A stretch of DNA of 64,000 nucleotides from an uncultured SAR116 cluster alpha proteobacterium (lineage in GTDB: Bacteria; Pseudomonadota; Alphaproteobacteria; Puniceispirillales; GCA-002684695): the NCBI GenBank assembly GCA_902612965.1, contig CACMFN010000007.1:26506-90505 (forward strand), read 5' to 3'. The position numbers were made by a program, and so were the translations under genes. This document shows positions 51,714 to 61,252 of this stretch, in pieces (position 1 is the first letter of the stretch; the number at the start of each line of letters is the position of its first letter). The notes beneath the pieces were generated by a model. The model did not search any database. It was not told the DNA's origin and saw nothing but the letters and a program-made list of their open reading frames with translations.

Positions 51714-52025
51714 TTAATCTGTTGGGACAGCAGGACCTGTATCTTTGTTTTTATTATTTTCAATAACTTCTTGTGAAACTTCGTCAACTATTGAATTGGT
51801 TTTTTTTCCATATCCTGCAATCATTGCTAAGAGGATTGACGTACAAAAAAAAGCTATTGCTAAAAGAGTTGTGGCCCTTGTTAAAAAATCTGCGGTTCCT
51901 CTTGCAGACATAAAATTATTTCCACCACCAATACCAAGCCCACCACCCTCGCTTCTTTGCATTAGAACCAAGCCAACGATCGCAATAGATATTATTATAT
52001 GAATAATTAAAATTACAGTGGTCAT
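51714..52025 (-). CDS. secG: Preprotein translocase subunit SecG
   Basis: 103 aa. Two TM segments and the LMQRSEGGGLG motif. Confidence 0.9.
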   Translation of the reverse strand: MTTVILIIHIIISIAIVGLVLMQRSEGGGLGIGGGNNFMSARGTADFLTRATTLLAIAFFCTSILLAMIAGYGKKTNSIVDEVSQEVIENNKNKDTGPAVPTD

Positions 52026-52082
52026 AAAAAAACTCTTGAATGCTTATATATTTGTTTTCTTCAAAATTTACAAGTTGAAAAT

Positions 52083-52844
52083 TTACATAAAAAGTTTCAT
52101 TGAATTATTAATAATTTTTAAGAACTCATCTGAATTTAAACTTGCTCCCCCTACTAAAACTCCATCAACATTATTAATTTTAAAAATTTCTGAAGAGTTT
52201 TTGGAATTAACTGATCCACCATATAAAATTGGTAGATCGTAATTAAATTGATAATTTGAACTAATAATTTCTTTTATAAATTTATGTACTTCTTCTATAT
52301 CTTTTTTAGAAGCGGTATTTCCTGTGCCGATAGCCCATACTGGTTCATATGCTATTATTATATTATTACTTAAAAGATTATTATCAGTTGAAAGATCAGA
52401 CAGGCTCTGTTTAAGCTGGTCTTCTAACACAAATAGATAATCTCCTTTTTCTCTATCTTTGGAATTTTCGCCTATACAAATAATAACTTTTAGGCCAGCG
52501 GAAACTGCCTTTACAGCTTTTTGTGAAACAATACTCGATGTTTCATGGCAAAGAGATCTTCTTTCAGAATGGCCGATAATAACATATTTACATCCAGCAT
52601 CCTTAATCATTTCAGCGGAAACTTGTCCAGTGAATGCACCATTATCATACATTGAACAATCTTGGGCACCGATTGAAATTTTTGAATTTTTATATAAATT
52701 ATAGATTTCAGGTATAATTAAAAAAGATGGGAAAATAATTATTTTTTCTTCAACAAAAACTTCATTATGTTTTAATAATCCATTTGATAGCTCAATTGCT
52801 TCATTTATATTTAAATTCATTTTCCAATTTCCAGCTACAATCAT
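52083..52844 (-). CDS. tpiA: Triosephosphate isomerase
   Basis: 253 aa. AGNWKMN, IGHSERR and YEPVWAIGTG motifs. Confidence 0.96.
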   Translation of the reverse strand: MIVAGNWKMNLNINEAIELSNGLLKHNEVFVEEKIIIFPSFLIIPEIYNLYKNSKISIGAQDCSMYDNGAFTGQVSAEMIKDAGCKYVIIGHSERRSLCHETSSIVSQKAVKAVSAGLKVIICIGENSKDREKGDYLFVLEDQLKQSLSDLSTDNNLLSNNIIIAYEPVWAIGTGNTASKKDIEEVHKFIKEIISSNYQFNYDLPILYGGSVNSKNSSEIFKINNVDGVLVGGASLNSDEFLKIINNSMKLFM

Positions 52845-52948
52845 AATATATATCCATTTTTGTCAATTTATCTATTTTAATAATTTTTGTTTTGAAGTAC
52901 AACCTTCAGAGTATTAAAGATGAACAAATTCACTAAATAGGTCAATAA

Positions 52949-54814
52949 ATGCTAAAGTCTATTAGAAAACATTCTAAACACCCAGTTGCAAAAATTTTTT
53001 TGGGCCTAGTATTAATTGCTTTTGCTGGTTTAGGACTTGGAAGTTTTGTTCCCTCACTTCAATTTAATAGAGACTACATAAAAGCAGGAGACACATCTAT
53101 AGAGATACAAGAAATTGCTAATCAATTTAATAAACTTCGATCAGAGGTTGCTCCGGATTTAACCATTAATGAGGCTGTTACGAAAGGTTATTTAGACTTG
53201 TTGATAACGTACCTTTCTAATGAAGCCATTATTCTTGAAGAAGCCTCTAAACAAAAAATTACTGTTACACGGGAACATTTAAAGAAAACTCTTTTAGAAA
53301 ATGAAGCATTTCTTGATGATGATGGAAAATTTAGTCCCACAAAATTCGAAATGTCCTTATTTAGAGCGGGTGTTTCTGAAGAAAAATATTTAGAGCTTTT
53401 AGGAAGAGACATTATAAAAAAACAGATCACAGAAACAATTTCAGAGTCAGCTAAAATATCTGAAAAAATAATCTTTGCAATAGCTGAAAAAAACTTAGAA
53501 AAAAGAAATGGAACTATTGTTGATTTAGATTTAGTCCCTTTATCAAAAATTAGAAAACCATCTGATAATGAGCTTAAAACATTTTATGATAATACTACCA
53601 GTTCATGGATTGAGCCCGCAAGAAGGTCAGGCAAGTATTTTATTCTTGATCCAAAAGACTATGCAGATACGATTTCACTCAGTGCACAAGAACTTATCGA
53701 CGAATTTGATATTAGAAGAAAAGATTATTTTAAAGAAGAAACAAGGTCAATTAATCAAATAATTTTTGATGAAAAAAGCAAAGCAGAAAAATTTCTCTCT
53801 GATTTGTCAAATCAAACACAATTCAACAAGTTAGCAAAAGACAAATACAATAACGAAAACTCAATTATTGATGACATAAAGAAGGGAGATTTACTCAACG
53901 AAATTTCATCAGTTATATTTAATTTAAAAGCAAATGAAGTTAGTGATATTATAAAAACTGACCTTGGGTACCATGTAATTAAAGTAGAAAAAATTGTTCC
54001 TGCAACTGATCCAAAATTTGAAGATATAAAATCAGAACTTGAGAGAGATGTTAGATTGGATTTAGCAACTGATATTATTTATGACATTGCAAATTTTGCA
54101 GATGACGCTTTTTCGTCTGGTTCTAGTATTGATGTTGTTGCAAACGAAAAAAATCTTGAGCTTTTCACAACAGATTATCTCGATAAGGATGGTTTAGATG
54201 TAAATAGATCCAAGCCAAAAAATAATTTACTAAGTGATAAGGTTTTTCTTGAAGTTTTATGGAATAGTGAAAAAAATGGAAATCTTTCAATTAATGAAAC
54301 CAAAGACGGAAAATTCTTTGCCTTATCACTTTTTGATGAAAAAAAGGAATTTTTACCAAGTCTTGATGAAGTTAAAACCAAACTTGAAGTTTCATGGAAA
54401 CAGACCAGAGCAATAGAAGAAACTCTTAACAAAGCTGGAAAACTATCTGCAGCAGATGATTTCATAAAATTTGCAAATGAAAACAATATGAAAATATCTG
54501 AAGTAAAAGGCGTATCTCAAAATGATGTCAGCTATTCTAGACCTGAAATCGTTAAAACACTTTTCAACATAAATAACTTAAATGAAAAACAAATTGCAGC
54601 AACAGAATTGGGCATATCAGTTGTTAGGTTTGATGATGCCATCAAACCTGAAGTAGAAGATGTCAAAAACCTAGAAAAATTACTATTAAATCCATTTAAT
54701 CAGTCATTAAAAAGTGATATCAGCAGTGCACTCATTTCAGAGTTATCTGAAAAGCACAAATTAGAGGTTAATAAAGGTTTAATATTGCAAGCAATAGGTC
54801 TTAACTCACCATAA
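52949..54814 (+). CDS. ppiD: PpiD-like periplasmic chaperone / parvulin-type peptidyl-prolyl isomerase
   Basis: 621 aa. N-terminal anchor MLKSIRKHSKHPVAKIFLGLVLIAFAG, a SurA-N-like region and the parvulin core DLGYHVIKVE. Confidence 0.75.
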   Translation: MLKSIRKHSKHPVAKIFLGLVLIAFAGLGLGSFVPSLQFNRDYIKAGDTSIEIQEIANQFNKLRSEVAPDLTINEAVTKGYLDLLITYLSNEAIILEEASKQKITVTREHLKKTLLENEAFLDDDGKFSPTKFEMSLFRAGVSEEKYLELLGRDIIKKQITETISESAKISEKIIFAIAEKNLEKRNGTIVDLDLVPLSKIRKPSDNELKTFYDNTTSSWIEPARRSGKYFILDPKDYADTISLSAQELIDEFDIRRKDYFKEETRSINQIIFDEKSKAEKFLSDLSNQTQFNKLAKDKYNNENSIIDDIKKGDLLNEISSVIFNLKANEVSDIIKTDLGYHVIKVEKIVPATDPKFEDIKSELERDVRLDLATDIIYDIANFADDAFSSGSSIDVVANEKNLELFTTDYLDKDGLDVNRSKPKNNLLSDKVFLEVLWNSEKNGNLSINETKDGKFFALSLFDEKKEFLPSLDEVKTKLEVSWKQTRAIEETLNKAGKLSAADDFIKFANENNMKISEVKGVSQNDVSYSRPEIVKTLFNINNLNEKQIAATELGISVVRFDDAIKPEVEDVKNLEKLLLNPFNQSLKSDISSALISELSEKHKLEVNKGLILQAIGLNSP

Positions 54815-56296
54815 ATGAATAAACCTTCTAAAACTTTTATAGCAAACTACAATTCTGGAAAACCTCAATTACTTTGGGAATTTATAGTTGCAGATCTCGA
54901 AACACCTGTTTCAGCACTTATAAAGTTAACAAAAAACAAAGATTACAATTTTTTATTGGAATCTGTTGAGGGCGGTGAAAACAGAGGCAGGTATTCAGCA
55001 ATTGGAATTGCACCTGATCTTATATGGAAATGTAAAAATGGAACTTCTGAAACAGCCAAGCCCAAAAATGGAAACTTTACTTTTGAAAAAAATAATGAAG
55101 ACCCTATCAAATCTCTAAAAAAGTTAATTAAGCAATCAAAAATTGATATTCCAGACCATTTGCCTCCTCTGTCAGCTGGTTTATTTGGTTACATAGGCTA
55201 TGATATGGTCTCATACTTTGAAAATATAAAAATTAAAAATAATGACCCTTTAAATCTACCTGAAACAATATTAATGAGACCTTCTTTAATTTGTATTTTT
55301 GATAGACTAAAAGATGAATTTATTTTAATAACACCAGTTAGGGCCAAAAAAGATATTTCTGCACTAGATGCTTGGGAGAATGGAAAAAATATTTTATCAA
55401 ATGCTGTTAATGAGCTAAATGTTGGTCTTGAACATAGAAATCTTCCAGTTCAAAAAGACACAATGCTCGATAATAATGCACCAAGCAATTTAGAAAAATT
55501 AGAATTTTATAATTCTGTGGAAAGGGCTAAAGAATATATTAAATCTGGTGATATATACCAGGTTGTTTTGTCACAAAGATTTGAAATTCCTTTCAAAAAA
55601 TCATCAATTTCTTTTTATAGGTCTTTGCGAAGATTAAACCCCTCACCTTTTCTATTTCATTTTAATTTCAAAGATTTTTTTGTTGTTGGCTCCTCTCCAG
55701 AAATTCTTGTTCGCTTGCGAAACAATGAATGTACAATAAGGCCAATAGCTGGAACAAGACCAAGGGGGTTAAATAAAGCTGAAGACTTATCTCTTAAAGA
55801 AGAATTACTTAATGACCCAAAAGAAAGAGCGGAGCATTTGATGCTACTGGACTTAGGAAGAAATGATGTCGGGCGCGTTTCAAAACCAGGAAGTGTGGAA
55901 GTTACTGAAAGCTTTAGTGTTGAAATGTATTCACATGTCATGCACATAGAATCTGAAGTAAAGGGTGAATTAAGAAATGGGATGGATAGTTTGGATGCTT
56001 TAATAGCAGGTTTCCCAGCAGGAACTGTAAGCGGAGCTCCTAAAATAAGAGCAATGCAAATTATCGAAGAATTAGAAAACGAAAAAAGAGGATTATATTC
56101 AGGTGCAGTTGGATACTTTAGTGCTTCAGGAGATTTAGATACGTGCATAGCACTGAGAACTGGTATAATAAAAGATGGTAAATTATACGTTCAGGCGGGT
56201 GGTGGCATAGTTCATGACAGTACTAATCATGGTGAGGAATTAGAAACACGAAATAAAGCAAAAGCATTAATCAGGGCTGCAGAACTAGCAGATTAA
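54815..56296 (+). CDS. trpE: Anthranilate synthase component I
   Basis: 493 aa. LLDLGRNDVGR, GTRPRG and GAVGYF motifs. The ATG directly abuts the ppiD stop (TAAATG). Confidence 0.95.
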   Translation: MNKPSKTFIANYNSGKPQLLWEFIVADLETPVSALIKLTKNKDYNFLLESVEGGENRGRYSAIGIAPDLIWKCKNGTSETAKPKNGNFTFEKNNEDPIKSLKKLIKQSKIDIPDHLPPLSAGLFGYIGYDMVSYFENIKIKNNDPLNLPETILMRPSLICIFDRLKDEFILITPVRAKKDISALDAWENGKNILSNAVNELNVGLEHRNLPVQKDTMLDNNAPSNLEKLEFYNSVERAKEYIKSGDIYQVVLSQRFEIPFKKSSISFYRSLRRLNPSPFLFHFNFKDFFVVGSSPEILVRLRNNECTIRPIAGTRPRGLNKAEDLSLKEELLNDPKERAEHLMLLDLGRNDVGRVSKPGSVEVTESFSVEMYSHVMHIESEVKGELRNGMDSLDALIAGFPAGTVSGAPKIRAMQIIEELENEKRGLYSGAVGYFSASGDLDTCIALRTGIIKDGKLYVQAGGGIVHDSTNHGEELETRNKAKALIRAAELAD

Positions 56297-57193
56297 TTAT
56301 TGCTTTAATTCTGAAGAGCTTTGAGCGTATATGATCCCAAATAAAATAATAATCCCACCAAAGAATTGTATTGCAGATAAATATTCACCCAATATAAGCC
56401 AAGCAAGAAAAGCGGCTGTAACAGGCTCACTCATTAAAGTGAGGGAAGCAAGCCCTGTTTTTACCTTCCCCAAAGCCCAAGTAATTAATCCAATTCCAAT
56501 AAATTGACTTATAAAAGCCAAGCAGAATACTACTAACCAACCTGAAAAAGAATTTGGCAAAAAAGTTTCATTTGAAAATAAAACTATTACGAGCAAAGTT
56601 ACTGCACTAAAAAAAGTACCTACAAAAAATATAATATAAATATTTAAATTTTTATCTCTTAAAATGCCAGTTGATAATAAATATGCAGCGTAAAAAGCTC
56701 CAGCCAAAATTGACCAAAAGTCACCAAACAAATTTTGAATACTAAATTCTAGAGAATTATAAAGCAATAAAACAGCACCAATAACTGAAGCTGTCAAACC
56801 CACAAAAAATTTTTTTGTTATTTTTGTAGAGAATAAAATGTAACTATAAATCACAACAAATACTGGTGCCATTGAAGCAAATAAAGTCGAGTTTGCTATT
56901 GATGTTAACATTATACCGTGATGCCATGCAGCGTGATCAATACCTAAAAATATTCCTGGTAGAGCAAGATAGAAATAATTTAGCTTATCACTCTTTAATT
57001 CTGTCTTGATATTAATACTTTTGATTAAAATTAGTATAAAAGGAAGGGCCAAAAAAGATCGCCAAAAAGCTGATGAGACAGGGCCTACTTCACTAATTCT
57101 TACAAATAATGGGCTCACTCCTAAGCAAGCAGCTCCTAAAATTAAAGTAAAGGCTACAAACCAGATTGGTGGAGTTTCAATAATCTTTTTCAA
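56297..57193 (-). CDS. EamA/DMT-family transporter
   Basis: 298 aa with 10 hydrophobic segments in two EamA-like halves. Confidence 0.8.
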   Translation of the reverse strand: MKKIIETPPIWFVAFTLILGAACLGVSPLFVRISEVGPVSSAFWRSFLALPFILILIKSINIKTELKSDKLNYFYLALPGIFLGIDHAAWHHGIMLTSIANSTLFASMAPVFVVIYSYILFSTKITKKFFVGLTASVIGAVLLLYNSLEFSIQNLFGDFWSILAGAFYAAYLLSTGILRDKNLNIYIIFFVGTFFSAVTLLVIVLFSNETFLPNSFSGWLVVFCLAFISQFIGIGLITWALGKVKTGLASLTLMSEPVTAAFLAWLILGEYLSAIQFFGGIIILFGIIYAQSSSELKQ

Positions 57194-57305
57194 TTAAAAT
57201 AACACAATTTATATATAATTTTTTTTCTACTAAGTATATATTGATTTATTTTGTAATTAAATTCATATATTAAGCTTTGTTAAATTTAATTTTGAAAGTT
57301 TATTT

Positions 57306-57710
57306 ATGTTTAGTTTATTTATTGGAATAATTTGTATTATCGGATTGGTAATTGGAACTATTTTATCAGTATCAGATTTTGGAATTTTTTTTGATGCTCC
57401 AGCGTTTGGGATTGTTATAGTTGGCGCATTTTTATATTGTATTGCTGCTGGTGGAGATGCTGCAGACAGAATTGAAAATTTTGGAATAGGAGCAGTTAGA
57501 TTTGGATGGTTGGGTTTCTTTATAGGGATCATAATTATGTCAGCAAGTAATATTATCATTTCATTAGATAATATTGGATCAGCACTTGCTGTAGCTCTTT
57601 TAACTCCTTTTTATGGATATTTTATAAAGATTTTAACAAATGTTATTGTATACAGAATGGATTACAATAAATTAATTGAAGAGCTTAATGAGGAAAAATT
57701 AGAGAATTAA
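57306..57710 (+). CDS. Minimal 4-TM MotA/PomA/ExbB-like (stator A-subunit-like) membrane protein
   Basis: 134 aa. The N-terminal GxxGxFFDxPAFGIVIVG pattern and C-terminal IGSALAVALLTPFYGYF align by eye with the TM1-2 and TM3-4 regions of PomA/MotA (compare AMAVALLTTLYG). There is no long cytoplasmic loop. The antisense ORF 57263..57559 is rejected. Confidence 0.5.
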   Translation: MFSLFIGIICIIGLVIGTILSVSDFGIFFDAPAFGIVIVGAFLYCIAAGGDAADRIENFGIGAVRFGWLGFFIGIIIMSASNIIISLDNIGSALAVALLTPFYGYFIKILTNVIVYRMDYNKLIEELNEEKLEN

Positions 57711-57714
57711 AAAT

Positions 57715-57743
57715 ATAAGTGATCACTAATAGTGATCACTTAT
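57715..57743. terminator. Bidirectional rho-independent-type terminator hairpin between convergent genes
   Basis: Perfect 13-bp stem ATAAGTGATCACT / AGTGATCACTTAT with loop AAT. Flanked by an A-run upstream and a T-rich run downstream. Each arm contains the palindrome GTGATCAC. Confidence 0.7.
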
Positions 57744-57748
57744 TTAAT

Positions 57749-58105
57749 TTATCCATAAATATTTGTTAATTGAATAACAGCATTAATTAAGAATAACGCA
57801 GCAAAACCTAATCCCAATCTATCAACTGGTATGTCTTTAGTTTCCTTACCAAAGTTTGTTTTTGCTAATTTATCGTCCATCTCTAAAAGCAATAGTTTAA
57901 AGTTCTTTGTAAGTCTTATTAGACCAAAAGAGCCTATTAATGTAATCGCCACTATTGTACCTGCAACAACAAGCTCCTTTCCACCTAAATCACCAAATAT
58001 AATTGTCATTGTCATTGTAATATGTGTAACTGATAAGATAGAAAGAACTATCATCATATAATAGAAAGTATTAATTTGAAGTGTTTGTCTTTGATTTGGA
58101 TCCAT
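57749..58105 (-). CDS. Hypothetical three-TM membrane protein
   Basis: 118 aa. Three hydrophobic segments separated by GDLGGKE and a charged amphipathic linker. I recognised no family. Confidence 0.5.
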   Translation of the reverse strand: MDPNQRQTLQINTFYYMMIVLSILSVTHITMTMTIIFGDLGGKELVVAGTIVAITLIGSFGLIRLTKNFKLLLLEMDDKLAKTNFGKETKDIPVDRLGLGFAALFLINAVIQLTNIYG

Positions 58106-58211
58106 TAGCCTCTCCTTTATTTCAAAAAAACAATTTTAAAATGCACATAAAAAAGTTATCATTTCGACTAGATTAAAGATAGTTAAAAATTGAATACCTG
58201 AGTATTAAAAA

Positions 58212-59132
58212 ATGAATAATATTATTAATAATATTGATAAATTTCCCAAAGGCGCTGCATGGATGGGCGGTAATTATATGGACATTTCTGAAGCGAAAAT
58301 ACCCGTTTTAGATTGGGGGTTTTTAAGGTCAGATGCTACATATGATGTAGTTCATGTTTGGAATAATAGATTTTTTCAATTAGATGAACACATTAATAGA
58401 TTTTTTGCCTCAACTGAAAAGTTGAGAATGCCGTGCTCATTAAAAAGGAAAGAGCTAAAAAGAATTCTTGCAGGATGTGTAAAAAGAGCCAATCATACAA
58501 ATTCTTATGTTGAAATGATCCAAACAAGAGGCATGTCTCCTACTTTTGATAGAGACCCAAGAAAATCGCAGCCTAGATTTTTAGCATTTGCAATTCCATT
58601 TGGTTGGATTCTTGATCCAAAAAAATTTGATACTGGTATTGATCTAGCAATAAGTAAAATAAAAAGAATTTCTCCAGAATCAGTAGATCCTAGAGTAAAA
58701 AATTATCATTGGCTTGATCTTGTGAATGGAATGTTTGAAGCTTACGACAGAGGTCATTATACAGCTGTTTTAGTTGATGAAGAAAATAACGTTCTTGAGG
58801 GACCTGGTTTTAATATTTTTTCTTTAGATGAAAATGGGCTGAAGACACCTAAAATTGGAGTATTAGAGGGCATTACAAGACAAACTGCAATTAGACTAGC
58901 ATCAGAATTAGATATTCCTGTTCAGGAAAAATCAATTGGATCTGAAGAGTTTATTAATTCAGATGAAGCATTTGCTACTTCAACTGCTGGTGGCATTATA
59001 CCAATTACAAAAATTAATGGGAAAAAAATAAATAACGGAAAAATTGGGAAAGTCACTTCAATATTAAAAAACTTGTACTGGGAAAAACACAAAGATCCTC
59101 TATGGAGTCAAAGTGTAGATGAATTAATATAA
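58212..59132 (+). CDS. Fold-type IV PLP aminotransferase, (R)-selective amine transaminase-like
   Basis: 306 aa. RSDATYDVVHVWNNRFFQLDEHINRF, SYVEMIQTRG, the lysine region VKNYHWLDLV, LEGPGFNIF and GVLEGITRQ. The pattern closely follows my recollection of the Aspergillus terreus-type R-amine transaminase rather than IlvE. Confidence 0.65.
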   Translation: MNNIINNIDKFPKGAAWMGGNYMDISEAKIPVLDWGFLRSDATYDVVHVWNNRFFQLDEHINRFFASTEKLRMPCSLKRKELKRILAGCVKRANHTNSYVEMIQTRGMSPTFDRDPRKSQPRFLAFAIPFGWILDPKKFDTGIDLAISKIKRISPESVDPRVKNYHWLDLVNGMFEAYDRGHYTAVLVDEENNVLEGPGFNIFSLDENGLKTPKIGVLEGITRQTAIRLASELDIPVQEKSIGSEEFINSDEAFATSTAGGIIPITKINGKKINNGKIGKVTSILKNLYWEKHKDPLWSQSVDELI

Positions 59133-59136
59133 AGGA

Positions 59137-60174
59137 TTATATCGTTTTTGTAACTTTAGACAAATATCTAGGAAAATCAGCATCAATCCCTTTATTAAAA
59201 GCATATTTTATTATCATTGGATAAAATTTTGACATTATTAAGATTGAATCTATTTCTGGTATTTTTGTAGATAAAAATCTAAAATCTGTATTATTGTTAT
59301 TGGAAGAATTTATACAGTAAATATTTTTTGAATATTTATGGAGTTCTTCTATTTGATTATTCACAGCAATACCAGATGCATCAGACAAGGATAGTGTTAC
59401 AATTTTTAGAGACTGATCAATTAAAGTTTTTGGACCATGCATTACTTCAGCGCTACTAAAAGGCTCAATTAATTCAAGACATAACTCTTTAAACTTCAAA
59501 GAAATCTCAGTTGAAAGTGCAAAGCCCATTCCTCTACTAATAATAAAACCCTTAGAAATTGATTTATCAATTATTTTGTAATCCCAATCATTGATTTTGT
59601 CTTTTTCAATATTTTCAGGTAAATGATTTAATTGTTGCAAAATTTCTTGTTGATTTGCTGTAATAGCAACTAATTTAATAATGTTTACTAAAGAAAGTAT
59701 ATAGGTCTTTGTTGCAGCAACACTTATTTCTTTTGAAGTATTCATATCAAAAAAGAAATCAGTATTTTCTATAATTGGACTTGAAGGATTATTTGAAAGA
59801 AGCAAAATTTTTGCCCCCATTTTTTTACACTGCTCAGAGCAAATTATTAGATCGTCACTTAATCCAGACTGAGAAATAATCAAAATAAGGGTACTAGAAA
59901 AATCAAATTTAGATTTCTCTAGTGTAATTACCGATGGAGGAAGACTGTAAGTTGAAATTCCAAGTGTTTTAGCAAATACATATGATGCAAATAATGCTGC
60001 ACTATCAGAAGACCCTCTTGCTACAGTAACTAAATGCTTAATTTTTTTTTTATTTATTAAACTACCAATCTTATTATATTCATTCTTGTCATTAGTATTA
60101 AAGTTTTCTATAGCGTCTGATACTTGAAGAGCCTCTTGAAGAACTTTACTATTTTTCATAGACGGTTTCTCCAT
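59137..60174 (-). CDS. SIS-domain sugar-phosphate isomerase/deaminase (AgaS / NagB-II / GlmS C-terminal-like)
   Basis: 345 aa. Two SIS halves (VARGSSDSAALFASYVF and SQSGLSDD). Operon context with nagA. Confidence 0.7.
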   Translation of the reverse strand: MEKPSMKNSKVLQEALQVSDAIENFNTNDKNEYNKIGSLINKKKIKHLVTVARGSSDSAALFASYVFAKTLGISTYSLPPSVITLEKSKFDFSSTLILIISQSGLSDDLIICSEQCKKMGAKILLLSNNPSSPIIENTDFFFDMNTSKEISVAATKTYILSLVNIIKLVAITANQQEILQQLNHLPENIEKDKINDWDYKIIDKSISKGFIISRGMGFALSTEISLKFKELCLELIEPFSSAEVMHGPKTLIDQSLKIVTLSLSDASGIAVNNQIEELHKYSKNIYCINSSNNNNTDFRFLSTKIPEIDSILIMSKFYPMIIKYAFNKGIDADFPRYLSKVTKTI

Positions 60175-61252
60175 TTAAAAAGACTTGCAATAAATCAAAT
60201 TTATCATCCAGAACAACTATATTTGCGTTACAACCAGAGGATAAATTTCCAATATCTCTACATTCAATGTAATCAGCTGCATTAGTTGAAGTCATTTTTA
60301 CTGCATCAATAATTGAAAAGCCAATTTCAATTAAATTTTTAAATGCTTGATGCATTGTTAAGACACTTCCTCCTAATGTATCATTATCTAATTTTACTAC
60401 ATTACCTTTTTTAAATACTTCGTTGCTTCCAATTTTATATTTTCCATCCTTCATTCCGGCAGCAGAAATACAGTCAGTAATTGCATAAAGGTTTTTAATA
60501 TTATTTTTTGCTATTTTAATCATTTCACTATCTACATGTATCAAATCGCAAATAACTTCAGAATAATCTAGATTACTTAATGCAGCAGCAACGGCTCCAG
60601 GTTTCCTGTGATCAAACCCAGACATGGCGTTGTAAAGATGCGTAAAACTTTTTACACCTTTTTTGATTGAGGAATTGCACAAACTAAATTCAGCAAGCGT
60701 ATGACCCAACTGAGGCTTGATATTTTGTTTAATTAAATAGTCAATAAATTCGAAGCCATTATTCACTTCTGGCGCGATAGTCATAATCTTTAATGGCGCC
60801 TCATCGCAAAGAGCTTCAATAAATTGAGAATTAGGTATTTGAGAAAATGGTGGCTGAGCTCCTAGCTTGTCAGGGTTAATGAAGGGTCCCTCAAGGTGAA
60901 TACCTTCAATATTAGTTTTTTGTTTATTTGAATTAATATATGAATTCAAGCCTTTTAGCGCGTTCTTAGTGTCAATTAGTGGAGCTGTTACAGTAGTAGG
61001 ATAAAGTGTTGTAGTACCATATTTTAGATGAAATTCAGATAGGCCTATTATTGCATTGAGTCCATCCATCGTATCAAACCCATTTCCTCCATGACAATGC
61101 AAGTCAATAAATCCAGGTATAATTAGATTCGAGCTTTGAATATCATCACTTTCTAAAACTTCTATGATTTTATCTGTAAACTTTAATGTTCCTGGAAAAA
61201 TATGTTCATTAGCAACAATTTTTCCTGAAATTTTATTCATATTTTTTTTCAT
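60149..61252 (-). CDS. nagA: N-acetylglucosamine-6-phosphate deacetylase
   Basis: 367 aa. PGFIDLHCHGGNGFD metal-binding motif. Confidence 0.9.
   Translation of the reverse strand: MKKNMNKISGKIVANEHIFPGTLKFTDKIIEVLESDDIQSSNLIIPGFIDLHCHGGNGFDTMDGLNAIIGLSEFHLKYGTTTLYPTTVTAPLIDTKNALKGLNSYINSNKQKTNIEGIHLEGPFINPDKLGAQPPFSQIPNSQFIEALCDEAPLKIMTIAPEVNNGFEFIDYLIKQNIKPQLGHTLAEFSLCNSSIKKGVKSFTHLYNAMSGFDHRKPGAVAAALSNLDYSEVICDLIHVDSEMIKIAKNNIKNLYAITDCISAAGMKDGKYKIGSNEVFKKGNVVKLDNDTLGGSVLTMHQAFKNLIEIGFSIIDAVKMTSTNAADYIECRDIGNLSSGCNANIVVLDDKFDLLQVFLNGETVYEK

Noticed and set aside
57263-57559. 98-aa minus-strand ORF overlapping the MotA-like gene
   Set aside because: Its translation is Pro/Ile/Lys-rich with no TM or domain logic. 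The plus-strand frame gives four clean TM helices, stator-like motifs and its own terminator.
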